DNA of 64,000 nt from Octopus sinensis. Lineage: Eukaryota. Location of the stretch: positions 82,150,001 through 82,214,000 of the forward strand of contig NC_043000.1 in assembly GCF_006345805.1 (NCBI RefSeq). The letters run 5' to 3'. Positions 1 through 13,539 of the stretch are shown here, one piece after another (the stretch's first letter is position 1; each line of letters opens with the position of its first letter). The position numbers were made by a program, and so were the translations under genes. The notes under the pieces were generated by a model. It ran no database searches. It had not been told where the DNA came from and saw only the letters and a list, made by a program, of their open reading frames with translations.

Positions 1-299
1 AGAGAATAAAGGTCGAGCGTCTTCAGCCTTTCTTCATAAGACAAATTCTTGAGACCAAGAACCATGCGGGTAGCCAGCTTCTGGACTCTTTCGAGATGCT
101 GTATGTCATTGAGGAGATAAGGAGAAGAGACTTGAATCCCATACTCCAATATGGGTCTCACCAGCGTGACATAGAGCGGTAGGAATATGGCTGCTGTGAG
201 CATTCCGAATGACCGTCGAATCAAGAACAGAACTCCGCGTGCTTTGTTGGCAGCATGGACGCACTGGGCCGAAGGCGAAAAGGAGGAATCCACCAAGAT
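1..299 (-). mobile_element. CR1-clade LINE fragment (RT C-terminal region), 5'-truncated; runs off the window start
   Basis: Manual minus-strand translation is open throughout: ILVDSSFSPSAQCVHAANKARGVLFLIRRSFGMLTAAIFLPLYVTLVRPILEYGIQVSSPYLLNDIQHLERVQKLATRMVLGLKNLSYEERLKTLDLYS. This matches the CR1 motifs LY.TLVRP.LEY, LE.VQ..AT and LSYEERL. Confidence 0.9.
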
Positions 300-409
300 A
301 ATAATAATAATAATAATAATAATAATAGTAATAATAATAATAATAATAATAATAGTAATAATAATAATAATAATGATAATACTAATGATAATAGTAGCAT
401 AATATTATA

Positions 410-493
<84 letters not shown>

Positions 494-500
494 TATATAT
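299..500. repeat. (ATA)n followed by (AT)n microsatellite
   Basis: Seen directly; it accounts for the poly-Ile ORF at 187-402. Confidence 0.95.
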
Positions 501-529
501 ATGTATGTATGTGTAATATGTGGTCATAT

Positions 530-2700
530 ATATAAATACAATGGGACGCTTACTCACCAACTGTGCAAATAACATAAAATACGTTAACAACGCGATAAAA
601 AATTAGTCTTCAGAAAGTCTGTCTGCCTCTATTCCTTTGTGAATATATATATATTCACATATATTCCTTTGTGAAAATATATATATAATAAGGTGAAATT
701 AATAATTGGAGAGTTGAGGATGTATAGTTTATTTGTATCATAGTTTGTTGCTAAGATATAAATACAAATAATTTCTTTTAAAAACCTACATATGTTTTGA
801 TTTTAAATTAAAGCTTTAATCAAATGCGCAAGAGGCAATTAATTGGTTTAACAAAATTGATAAGTAAGATAAATGCCAATTCTTAACGTAGACATTAATG
901 ATTACTACTCATCTATTGACCCAGCGATTCTAAATAGTGTACTTATTTTTAAAAGAAATAATACAAAAATGACTATGAAAGAAATAAAAGTTATATTTGC
1001 AGCCAGAAAAACAATTAGAAAATTTGATAACAAATTATGGGCTATAAAAAACACACCTGGCTGTTTTGATATAGCTATAGATACTACTGATTCCGCCTAG
1101 GCGACTAATTTGGTTGGAATATACATTTTACATAAGTTTAGTAGGGAATTTCCAGAAATAGGAGTGGGGTTATATAGGGATGATGCACTGTTTATCATAA
1201 AAAATCTATCCAATAGAAAACGAGAGTTATATAAGAAAAAATTGCATCATTTCTTCAAAAGATTTGGATTAAATATTTCAATTGAAAGAGAGCATAATTT
1301 TGTAAATTTTGGGGATGTGAATTTTAACCTAAATACAAATATGCGCCTTACCATGAAACAAATTCTAAAATAATTTATATTAATATTAAAAGCAATCATC
1401 CAAAGTCAATTACTAATTGTGTAGTTAAAAATATAGAAAAAGAATTAATTACCTCCCTTATAATGAGGAGATTTTTTATGAAAATAAAGAATTATGCAAC
1501 ATTGCATTAGAAAAGGCAGGATATAAACAGAATATCAAATACAATAGACACATTGTAAATAATACGAGTATAGACCATAGGGTAAGAAAATATAAGAATA
1601 ATATGAAACAAAATAAGATTAAGGGTAAAATAAATAATATAAATATAAAAGAAATAGATTATGGAAACACAGTAAAAATATAGTGAGTAAAAATAACCTA
1701 AATCGAAACAGAGTAGTAAATATTAATTAAACAATTCAAAATACTGTTTATGAATATAACGATAATACAAATGTAAACGTAGATATGTATGTAGTAAATA
1801 TAAAAATAATGTAGCTATTGACCAAATTAATAACTTGAGATCTAATGATAATAATCATAATATAAACGGAAATTATAGTACTATAAATAATATAAATAGA
1901 AAATATACACCTTGTATAAAATCCACCAAAACAAAAACTTGGAATTTCCATACTAATTATAAAATAAATGAAAATATTATTTGGCTAATCTTACCGTTTG
2001 CTACACAAATTAAAACTAATTTAATCCAACATATACGTAGACTTGTAATAAGTATAGTGAAATATTAATAATAAATTTTTAAGATTTGGTTTTACAGTAA
2101 TTAGAAACTTATTTAGATATATATTTTGTATTAATAACGCAAAATTTGATCATTTTTACAAGAAATAGCATGCTTTATATATCCGTCACGAGTAAATTTG
2201 ATAATTTTAGTTTAAACTATCAAAGGGAAGTACCTGCAATAAACCGCCTATTATAGTTATATTATAGTTAATTCCAAAGATAATCTCAATAAATTTTGCG
2301 TTTGTAAGGTTAAAGAAAAATACAAATTTAATAATTATTGCAAACCTAAAAATCTGGTATACCAAGATATCGTTGAAGCAGAATGTAAGTATTACTACTA
2401 TATTGGTTCGACTGAATGTTTTGTGAAAACCAGAATTTCGAACAATGAAAATTATTTTAGAAATAGAATTAAACGGAATGATACAAGCTTTAGCAATTTC
2501 GTTTGGAAATTAAAAGCTCGCAATATTAGTTTCAAAACTATGTGGAAAATATTAACCGTTGCAAGATATTATCATTCCCCAGACGGAATTTGTTCCTTAT
2601 GTACAACAGAAAGCCATGATATTCTATTCTCTAAAAAAAAATATTGAATAAGACGACTGAGAAAGTTTCGGTCTGGTTACATGCACCTAAATACCTATTT
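530..2700 (+). mobile_element. Decayed Penelope-like retroelement (RT + C-terminal GIY-YIG endonuclease)
   Basis: Frameshifted pieces: AINWFNKID, NVDINDYYSSID, GVGLYRDDAL (RT active site), NIKSNHPKSI, ALEKAGYKQNIKY, then NLVYQDIV..YYYIGSTECFVKTRISN..DTSFSNFVWKLK..MWKIL..CSLCTTE (GIY-YIG). Confidence 0.85.
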
Positions 2701-3172
2701 TCCGAATATCACAAATCAATTCCTATATTATTATTATCATTATATAATAGATTGGATACTACGTTATATATTAACCATAAAAATAATTTGTTTTATAATA
2801 TTGTTAAATTATAGACTAAATATATTGGTAAATGTCTGAATTACATATGTCCTCTAACAATTATTGAATATTCTCTTAAATTATTCTAAAATAAAACTAG
2901 ATATATATTAATATATATCTGATTAGGTTAATATATTGTTGCATTATAGATATTGCAACGTAATATATTCAATTATTGGAGATATTTGCATATTAATACC
3001 TTAATATATAATATAAGATCTTTCTAGATATAACCAGACAAATATATACATTAATAACCATACATTTATATTTCTATTAAAAAACTATTTGATATTTTAC
3101 CTTAATATACAATACTATACTTAAACATAATACATGTGTGTGTATGTGTGTGCGTGTGTGTGTGATGTATGT

Positions 3173-3204
<32 letters not shown>

Positions 3205-4667
3205 AAACATTAGCATAAATAATCATTCATTTATTTCAATTCACACGACTTTCTACTTTTGTATACATATATTCTAACTTAACCATATTACTATTTTTAA
3301 ACATCTATAAATATTTAATATATATATATTTGTAAGATTAACTTATTATATTTTACTTAATTGTATCCAGTTGTTTTACAAAATAGATAAATTAACTATA
3401 AATAAATTATCATAAGTAAATAGTATAACTTTTTAACAGTTATATAAATAATTAAGTTTTATATTAACTCCCAATGAGATATTTAAATGAACTAACAATA
3501 AAATATTCCGTTGACTTTTTCTTTAAGCATGAAACAATAACGTAATACTCATAGTACTTATCAGGAAAAACGTAATACGCATTTTCTAGGTCTATAAATA
3601 AATAAACTGATAGATATGTATTCTAAGATTTCTATTATCGACTACACTACTATGTATTCTAAGATTTCTATTATCGACTACTATGGGTGTGTTTGTGGAG
3701 TTGTTAGCTAACTCCTCCTACTTCATTTTATCGATTTTGATGAAACTTGACACGTGAGTAGAACTCATGTCTGGAAACATCATGGCATACTCAGATTGTT
3801 GAAACAATCGATAATAGGGCCTCTGGAAGAGATCCTTATATATATATCTAATATATTTCATATTAACATCCAAGGAAAATAACCCATTCGCCCAGATTTT
3901 AATAGCCAAAGGAAATAACCCATTTATTTTCCTAAATAATTTGGTATAAATCAAACTGAGTATGCTTATTTCTTAGTATTTGAACTGTTAGTGTTATTTT
4001 CGCAATTTATCCAGTACAACCCTTAAATAAGTAAATAGTATTTTCCTCATTGCGGTTAGTGACTTATTCACGAATATACCAACACTAGCGTCGCTGAGGG
4101 TAATATTCTCTGGGAACGCACAAAAGCCCTTATTATTTACTTTACATTGTTATTATCACATATCTTATTAGCCTGTTATTAAGTAACATGCTTCACGATT
4201 TTAGCATACACACCTTATTAGTATTTCCTCCTAAGTTCTATACACTCTGGGAACGCATTAAAACCCTTTTCGGGGATACTTTATTTGAATTCTTTCTATC
4301 AGGTAACTAATTTCATGTTATTACGTAACTAACTTCCCAATTTGGGCATTCATAACTTATTGGGAATTCTTAGAAACAAGATACAGTTTGGCGCTCTCTG
4401 TAAATGCACAAAAACCGTTTTATGTGCTACATACTTTGTATTGTTGTTACTGAATTAGCGAAACAATTATGAGAACGGAACCAAGAGATAAGCCCCGGAA
4501 TCACTGGCTCGGTCAGCTAGTAATATAAAATATAGATTATTATCTTATCTTAAGTTTAATTTATTCTGTTTATCCTCTTTTACGTTATTTTTATTTCATT
4601 TTATTTTCGATTTTTACTCCTTTTTAGAACAAATACTGAATTATATACAACTGTATATATACTTAGT

Positions 4668-4990
4668 GAGGGCGCGTGGCTTAGTGGTTAGGGCATTCGG
4701 CTCATGATCGTAAGGTTGTGAGTTCGATTCCCGGCGACGCGTTGTGTCCTTGAGCAAGACACTTTATTTCACGTTGCTCCAGTCCACTCAGCTGGCAAAA
4801 ATGAGTTGTACTTGTATTTCAAAGGGTCAGCCTTGTCACTCTCTGTGTCACGCTGATTATCCCCGAGAACTACGTTAAGGGTACACGTGTCTGTGGAATG
4901 CTCAGCCATTTGCACGTTAATTTCACGAGCAAGCTGTTCCGTTGATCGTATCAGCTGGGACCCTCGTCGTCGTAACCGGCGGAGTCTTTA
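4668..4990 (+). mobile_element. tRNA-derived SINE (family C, CORE-like segment)
   Basis: A box TGGCTTAGTGG and B box GTTCGATTC, then TGTGTCCTTGAGCAAGACACTT (CORE-SINE-like). A related decayed copy is at 32665-32925. Confidence 0.85.
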
Positions 4991-5502
4991 AGATATATAC
5001 TTAGTATATTTAATCGATGCTTAAACATAAATATATAGGAAAATATGTAAGCTTTCTGTATACATGTGTATATAGGACTATGTGTGTATATATTAATTTG
5101 AATAATACATTTATTAACGGATAGAATATTCAAGTTTGGGTAGGTACTAACACATAAACGATTAAATTTAGTTAAATATGATTCGATGAACAGGTATACA
5201 TGAATATTTACTGGTATCTACTAACAATTGTGTATTTTCCTAATTTATTTATTTTACTTTATTTTATTACATAATTATTTTCCCTTAAAGATATAACGAT
5301 ATTTTGTTATTCATATTATTCATATATATATATAATTTTTAAATAAGTTTATTTCATTCTAATTTATTTTATATTATTACATACTTGATTTATAACCTTA
5401 GCAGATACATACATACAATACATATGAAATAACATGTTAAACTTCTTTACTAGTGGATTTGAATACCTTGAAGAAAGGTGTCACCTTCGTTATTATTAAA
5501 AC

Positions 5503-5617
5503 AAAACCCTGAAGAGATTCTATCCCTTACAGCTTAAATTCATAACATTAGATATAACCCAAATGCTTTGAATTATGCATTACCAAGGGGCCAGAATCGA
5601 AACATAAGTAGTTTTTT
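5503..5617 (+). ncRNA. Type I hammerhead ribozyme-like motif with a 72-nt loop II
   Basis: AAAACC-CTGAAGA(5509)-GATTCT...AGAATC-GAAAC-ATAA-GTA|GTTTTT. Core intact, stem II 6 bp, stem I 5 of 6 pairs. Confidence 0.6.
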
Positions 5618-5805
5618 TTTAGTCTTCTATTGTGTTTAAAAAAAATTATTTGTATTTATATCTTAACAACAACCTATGATGCAAACAAATAAACTAAACA
5701 TCCTCAACTCTATTTACTTAAACAATTTATTTTACCTATTATGATAATCCATAACGCATCGTGGAAATTTTCTTCTAATGTGATGGAGATTAAACCAGTG
5801 AAATG

Positions 5806-5871
5806 TTGGATTTATTAATCCCCAATGAAGGTAATATATCCTTGAATTGACTGACTATATATATATAGTCA

Positions 5872-5927
<56 letters not shown>

Positions 5928-5974
5928 AGTCAATTCAAGGATATCTTACCCTCATTGGGGATTAATAAATCCAA
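5806..5974. repeat. ~55-bp inverted repeat centred on a (TA)n tract
   Basis: TTGGATTTATTAATCCCCAATGAAGGTAATATATCCTTGAATTGACTGAC versus its reverse complement at about 5923-5974; 2 mismatches. Confidence 0.9.
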
Positions 5975-5992
5975 AATTATATAAATATATAC

Positions 5993-6025
<33 letters not shown>

Positions 6026-6241
6026 ATTATATATATATAATATATATTATATATATATACACATATATAAAGGCAGGCAACAGGTTGCTTAGCCACATAC
6101 CGAAAAGATTAGAAATAGCAGTCAAAATATATATTGAACTTTTATAGAAGTTCCTACCGTTAATGGTTATATTTACATGCCGAAATCTACCAGTAAATAA
6201 TTGTTGTTTTTTTAAAAACCATTAAAGCTATTATTAACTCT

Positions 6242-6307
<66 letters not shown>

Positions 6308-6308
<1 letters not shown>

Positions 6309-6833
6309 CGGGCTTCTTTCCGTTCCATCTACCAAATCCACTTATAAGGCTTTGATTGACCTGAAGCTATAGTTGAAGACACTAGCCCAAGATGCCACGC
6401 AGTGTGACTGAATCTGGAACCAAATGGTTGGTTAGCTTCTAACCACACAGCAACGCCTACGTTTATATGTCTTTTATCCTTTACTTAGACTATGGCCATG
6501 CTGGGGCGCTGCCATGAAGAATTTTAGTTAAATGAATTGACACCACTACTTAAAAAAAACTACTGGTACTCATCTTATCGGTCTCTTTACCAAATCACTA
6601 AATTAAGGGGACTTAAACACACCACCAAGCGATGGTGGGGGAAAGCGAACACAAAGATACACACACATATACGACTGGTTTCTTTCAGCTCCCGTCTACC
6701 ATATTCTCTCACAAGGTTTTAGTTGGCCCAAAGCTACAGCAGAAGACACTTGCCCAAGGCATTACGCAGTGGGACTGTCCTGGGACTATGTGGTTAGGAA
6801 GCAAGCTTCTTACCACACAGCTACGCCTGCGCC
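6308..6833 (-). mobile_element. Two adjacent copies of SINE family A (one partial, 6308-6461; one 6480-6833)
   Basis: Reverse complement of the family-A head and body seen at 20519, 54008 and 60176. Confidence 0.85.
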
Positions 6834-7042
6834 TAGATTAATTATTAGCAATGGAAGATAATATTTATCTCCAAATTAACGGGTGTGTCGTGTTAGAACA
6901 TCGAATACTGGGTTATTGGCCTTGAGTGATCCTCTCCTGTAGGCGCTTGGTGCATAAAAGTACACATATAGATTGTAGCAGATGAGAACTGTCATGGACG
7001 CCGGAACTTACGTACCACGTGATTTCATTCTACTGACCTTAG

Positions 7043-7278
7043 ATACCTATTTCTTTACTACCCACAAGGGGCTAAACACAGAGAGGACAAACAAGGACAG
7101 ACAAACGGATTAAGTCGATTATATCGACCCCAGTGTGTAACTGGTACTTATTTAATCGACCCCGAAAGGATGAAAGGCAAAGTCGACCTCGGCGGAATTT
7201 GAACTCAGAACGTAGCGGCAGACGAAATACTGTTAAGCATATCGCCCGACGTGCTAACATTTCTGCCAGCTCGCCACC
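7043..7278 (-). mobile_element. SINE family B (GGCGGCGAGCTGGCAGAA head)
   Basis: Reverse complement of the copy at 29533; B box GAGTTCAAATTC and body GAGGTCGACTTTGCCTTTCATCCTTTCGGGGTCG. Confidence 0.9.
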
Positions 7279-7500
7279 TTAGATACCATTAACGGAATTC
7301 TCATGTAAATATCAAAGTCACGGTTTTTAGTGTGGAGATCACTTCTCTTTCTTGCCCTGTCCCTCCTTACTATAATTAACCCATTATAGACAAAACCATT
7401 ACTTCCTTGTTTACTTACGGTAATGTAGTTTGATATGGTTATAATGGTAATAATAAAGGTTGATACTGTTATAATATATATCGAAATCAACCACATAGAA

Positions 7501-7640
7501 CAGAGATTCCCAAAGTAGGGCATACGTCCCCACCTGTGGGGCCTAGAAAAATTGTGGTGGAGCCTAAGGAAATTGGGGTAGGGCGTGGAATCCAAATTTT
7601 TTCTCTTTTTTAAGTGGGACATAGAATTCTGAAAATCATT
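7501..7640 (+). mobile_element. Possible hAT-type transposon end
   Basis: Starts CAGAGATTCCCAAAGTAGGG, resembling hAT TIRs. No partner TIR found. Confidence 0.3.
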
Positions 7641-7796
7641 TTTTCATAGCAAATATACTATACCGATACTCAGCCTAACAGAACCAATCCCTCCAACTAA
7701 TCATACTTTGTGAAGACTTGTTTGCTACAGAATAACGCTATTTTAATGCGCTAGTATAGATATTCCTTTAAGGAAAATATATAATTTTTTAATTCT

Positions 7797-8282
<486 letters not shown>

Positions 8283-9084
8283 GGGTGTATATTTTTCTGG
8301 AAAGTTATAGTGGGGTCTGGGGGTAGGTAGATTGGTTGGGAAACACTGACATAGAATCTTCCTCGCCGATTCATACTCGTTGCTGTTGCAGTTGCAGCCG
8401 TTTACTTTCGAGGTCAACTCTGATCGAACAAACCTATGACGAAAAGCTTTCCAGCCGTGACCATTCGGTCTAGGCCCAATTCACGTGAAATCGCATAACC
8501 CGCTATGTTCCTCTTTCATCAAACGATAGCATTTTACTGTTATTACAAGAAAGACCAGCTAGAAGCACCCCAATTGCATAGATCCGTGTTTGTTAGAGTT
8601 TGTACTGCTGCCACTCCTGCTATTGTTGCTGTTGCTGCTGCTGCTGCTGCCGTTGTTGTTGATAATGATCATGGTGTTAATGTTTTGTCGTGTTCGTTGA
8701 ATTGTTATTGCTGTCACACTTCTACGAAAGAAGGAAGGTATTTCCTTGCCTCTCATTATAATAGATTCCTCTCACCACTACTTTTGCCGCCATTCGTTAC
8801 AGTATGTGTTGGTTATTTCAGCAGACGACATATTAAGAACAAGTGGGTTATTTAGAAAAAAAAGAGATATTCAATAAATTGCTGCGTTCATTCACTGGAC
8901 ACATTTACACAACAAAGACAAGTAGTTATTTATATAACACGGAAATAATTATTGCGACAACGTGAGGACATTAATCCTCTCCCCCTCTCTCTGTACATAC
9001 GTATGTATGTATGTATGCATGTATGCCTGTGTGCATGTGTGAAAGTATGTGTTTAAGTGTATGACGATACGAGTGTAAATATAT

Positions 9085-9153
9085 ATGTATGTATGTGTAT
9101 GTATATTTGTATGTATGTATGTATGTATGTATGTATGTATGTATGTATGTATG

Positions 9154-9185
<32 letters not shown>

Positions 9186-9235
9186 CGTGTGTGTGCGCGC
9201 TTGTGTGAGTGTGTGTGCGTATGTGTGTGTGTTAT
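9085..9235. repeat. (TATG)n and (GT)n microsatellites
   Basis: Seen directly. Confidence 0.95.
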
Positions 9236-9699
9236 TTATTCTTTTACAAAGTAATCATGATGTTGAAGTTTCACCAAATCTGTTTGAATCATCATATTTG
9301 GCGAAACTTCGAAATCACAGCCACCTATTAATGTACAAATACAGGTGTATCAAATACAATATAGCAGAAATTGTTAATCTATTTATATTATCTCTGATTT
9401 TAGAGATAATGTCAAAAGTATAGAATGACAATTAAGACCAGCTCCATATAAGAAAAGGAAATAGTTAAAAAATTTCCAAAGTTGACATACTGTTAAAGAA
9501 AAGGACTGCCTTATTGTCTGGAGATAAGAAGACGATTGTGGACACGTGTTTCTACCTCAATAGGCGTCATAAACACAACTGTTGTGCAACCATATCCTCA
9601 GACATACACACCAATATAGTTATGGTCAAATATGTATATATATTGTGTTTCAATTCGAGTTTAAAAATTCAAAATAAGATTTTTATTGTATAATCAGCT

Positions 9700-10080
9700 G
9701 CTGTCGTCATTAATGACTTCTCAGATTCCAGTCTGGTTCAACATATTACTTAAAGCTGTTTCGGAAACGTCTGGATATCGAAGTACGGGCTATCTTTCCG
9801 AAACTCAAAGGTAAACCGGTGGCCCTTGTGAACTGCAGCAAAGGCAGAATCTGCAGATTTCTATCCGTTCATTTTGCGACTTGTGTAGAGTGGCCAGAAT
9901 TTTTCAAGAGTGGTGCTAGTGGGAAACTGGAATGACATCTTAGACGCATGCAGTGATCGTGTGGGATTATCCAATAAGAGAAGAGATGTAAAAACCTTAT
10001 AGAGTTGCTTAAGGAGTCCCTACTGCTAAGCAAGTTATTCTTAAATCGAAACCAGTTCTGAATGTTTTTAACACACACCT
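9700..10080 (-). mobile_element. Heavily decayed CR1-like LINE 3' fragment
   Basis: Minus-strand pieces LKQLYKVF and HKGHRFTFEFRK..DWNL loosely match the CR1 motif RGH..KL...WN. Weak. Confidence 0.35.
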
Positions 10081-12153
10081 TACCAAAGGTGCCCCAGAAG
10101 GAAGTAGATATGTTTAATCAGATGATAGAATAAATCTACTGCTCAAAAATGGGAACGATGTTTACGACAAGCTTTCTTCCTGTGTATGAGTACAAAATTT
10201 CACTCACAATATATTGGTCAACCCGTGGCTCTGGCCGGAAGAAGACATTGGCCTAAGGTGCCGATTACTAGGAGCACACGTGATACTGTAACGTGATACT
10301 GTGAAACGCACTTCACAAACCCACAAAGCTAAGCTTGTGTCCAGAAGCGAGTCAAGTTCTATCAACGACACTCTGCGGGGGTTTCTAGAACGAAATCAAA
10401 TGAGTCTGTCTCTTTAGGATCATTCAACATATCAGAGTTTGCTCTAATCAGTTCTTGTCACAGTTTATCCCTTCAAGCGAAAATGCCATTTATATATGTT
10501 ACCTACGAGTGTGGAGTCTCTGTATTACAAAGGGAAGGTAGGAGTAGACAAAAACATTCTCACACATACACTTTCACATCCACTCAAAACGGAGGCACGT
10601 ACAAGATACATACACAAGCACAGCACAAACACAGTCACACACAAGAAAACATTCTAGCTTATCTATACACACATATATATAAACACACACACGCACATAC
10701 ACAACAACAAATACGCACACAATTACCTACAATACAAGACCAGAACGTACAAAATGCACACACACTATCACCAAATACACACACATACTTGCATTAGAGT
10801 GAAACCAATACATACATACGTTCTCTATACTATATCGCTATTAAATACACCTTATAATCTAATATACACATGATATACATCAGCACATTAAACATCCAAA
10901 TCTGCCTTCAAACCATAATTTATTGTCTTAAAGAAACGACGAAATATGGGGTAATGTGGTTCTATATGCACTGTCTTTAAACAGCCAGTTACATAGGACA
11001 CCTATGTAACTCCTTTCAGAATAAATTTACTTTGTCATGGTGGAGTCAAGAGAACAACTTTCAGTTCTTATCTAGTCAATGCTTGATTGAGAAGTGCTGT
11101 TGTTTTATTACACTGCTATGGAAATCAAGCAGATCAACTTAGATCTGTAAGGGTTCCTTTTCTATATTCTATAAGCAAGTAACTATAAGCTTCATGAGAC
11201 GTTTGTGATGTTAATGAAACGAAATAATTTGATTGATCGCTCTTTTTACTATCCACAGAGAGAATAAAACTGTGGTCTAACTGCAGCGTTTACTTTTCTT
11301 ACTGAGAGTAAAAAGAAACGCATATTAACTAAAAACAATCCCTTGTGAGTTTTTCCTTGCATCTCTATCTTGTTGCGTAGTGCGTTTGTTAATGAACTAT
11401 GTTGTCAGCACTTAAAATTTTATGCAGACTAAGCAAAGCAATTCAGTTGTGTCTGAATGTATGCATGCTTTAAGTAGTCATAAGATACCATTCTCCCAAC
11501 TTGCAGAACATGGACAGCAGGTCTCTATATACAGGCATCGACCTTTGTCGATAGAATATGGACAACCATTTTACTCCCAACCAACAGAAGAAAGTGTAAT
11601 CTACCCACGGTGTGTGTTTTATAACGTGTTTAGAATAAAGTGTACACTAGAAAAGCACGCCTGTAAGTTTACTCTATAGCTCTTACTCTCACACTCTCCC
11701 CTTTCTTTCTCACACGCTCTCTCTCTATCAGTGTATGTGTGCGTGTATGTATATCTTAATATATAAAAGAGTGTTTGTGTGTGCATGTGTGTGTGTGTGT
11801 GTCTGCGCGCGCGCATATTCCTCATGAATTCGAAAACTGAGTTGCCGATTTTGATGTTTGAGATTTCAAAAGATTTAGCAATCTTTCAGCTGCCAAATAA
11901 ACTTTATTTTCATTTACATATTTGCATTACAAAAATTTAACATTATAATCTTTCTGTAAGTCACCTATCGTAAACGACATTTTATACCACGACGACAACG
12001 TCACATTTTCTATATGAACGTGTATGTGTCTGTCAGTGTGTGTGTGCTTGTGCATTCGTTACGTACGTTAGGCTGATAACTGACAAGTATATGTGTGCGA
12101 ATGTATGTGAGGGTGTATATATCTGTCAGTATAAATGCACTTTCGCGACGACT

Positions 12154-12195
<42 letters not shown>

Positions 12196-12823
12196 ACACA
12201 CACACACACACACACGCTCACATCTAAAGACAGAGACAGACACACAGAGGGACAGAGATAGGCCTGAGGTGTACGTGAATCTATGTCGGTGTGTGTCTGT
12301 TTTAGTATATGTATGTGATTGTACCGCCCAACAGTGAAACGCGCCGATTTTGAAAGAGTTTAGTTTAGTTGTGGCCTGGACGTAGAACGAACAGCAGCGT
12401 TCACTTTGAAGTACTACTGTTTGGATTTTCTTTTTCATCATGGAGAGTTGCCGTTTATACAGCATTAACGGTTATCACTACTTATGTACTGAAATATTAT
12501 TCTGGTTTTTATAACCAGCATGAAAATTTGGCTGATTTGATAGCACTCACAACACTTGTAAATACATCAGAAAAAATGTTATTTTGGTTATTATACCAAA
12601 TTCGGAAACTAGGAGAAGTAAAAAGCCTTAGCGGCTATTTCAATATAATTACAGAAATATTATTCTAATCCTTGTAACCAGTTTGAAGATAATGCTTTTT
12701 TAACAGTCTTAGCGTCCTTATCGCATCCCTACTATGCTGCTTTAACAGTGTTAGTATTCAACGCCGCGCAACCACTTTACTGCGTTAGTCAGTATTTATT
12801 CTACAGCCTATAACCTTACACAG

Positions 12824-12863
<40 letters not shown>

Positions 12864-13143
12864 CAACAATTGAGGGTAAAATTAATTAATTATTAATCAA
12901 TTTCACCAAGTATTCAGTATGTAAAGGGACCATTTAAGGCGAATTCAAAATATTACATTTTATAAAGGGCTTAGTAAAATAAATTACTTTGCCACATACT
13001 GAACTCATTAGAAATAGCAGCCAAAAAAAATTTTTTAGCCATTTCTAATACTTAAAGAAAATTTCTCTCAGATAGTGTTTACTCAAAATAACCCACGAAG
13101 GTATGGGGGTAAAAACATTAAAAAATCACAAGTGCAAAGATTA

Positions 13144-13205
13144 TTTGAGAACGTACGTTTCTAGATCAGCCAAATACAATTCGACATTTCTTTCGTCAGC
13201 TCAAA
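13144..13205 (-). ncRNA. Type I hammerhead ribozyme motif (copy 1, inverted)
   Basis: Exact reverse complement of 13478-13539. Confidence 0.65.
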
Positions 13206-13477
13206 ATTTCTTAATTCGGATTTGTAAACACTGAAAGTAGGAGCATACCCTTTTGGCGACTTTTCACCTCCGAAGATCCGTTCAAACTAACTGAACTCAT
13301 TAGAAATAGCAGCCAAAAAAAATTTTTTAGCCATTTCTAATACTTAAAGAAAATTTCTCTCAGAATTTGGAATTTGGAATTTGTTGGCACTGTTAGTTTG
13401 AACGGATCTTCGGAGGTGAAAAGTCGCCAAAAGGGTATGCTCCTACTTTCAGTGTTTACAAATCCGAATTAAGAAAT

Positions 13478-13539
13478 TTTGAGCTGACGAAAGAAATGTC
13501 GAATTGTATTTGGCTGATCTAGAAACGTACGTTCTCAAA
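13478..13539 (+). ncRNA. Type I hammerhead ribozyme motif (copy 2)
   Basis: TTTGAG-CTGACGA-A-AGA..GTCGAA-TTGTA-TTTGGC..TCT-A-GAAACGTACGTT|CTCAAA. Stem I is 6 perfect pairs; stem III is the palindrome ACGTACGT; cleavage triplet GUU. Confidence 0.7.

Noticed and set aside
12369-12668. 99-aa ORF in unique-looking sequence
   Set aside because: Non-ATG start, no recognisable motif and no convincing splice sites; within chance expectation.
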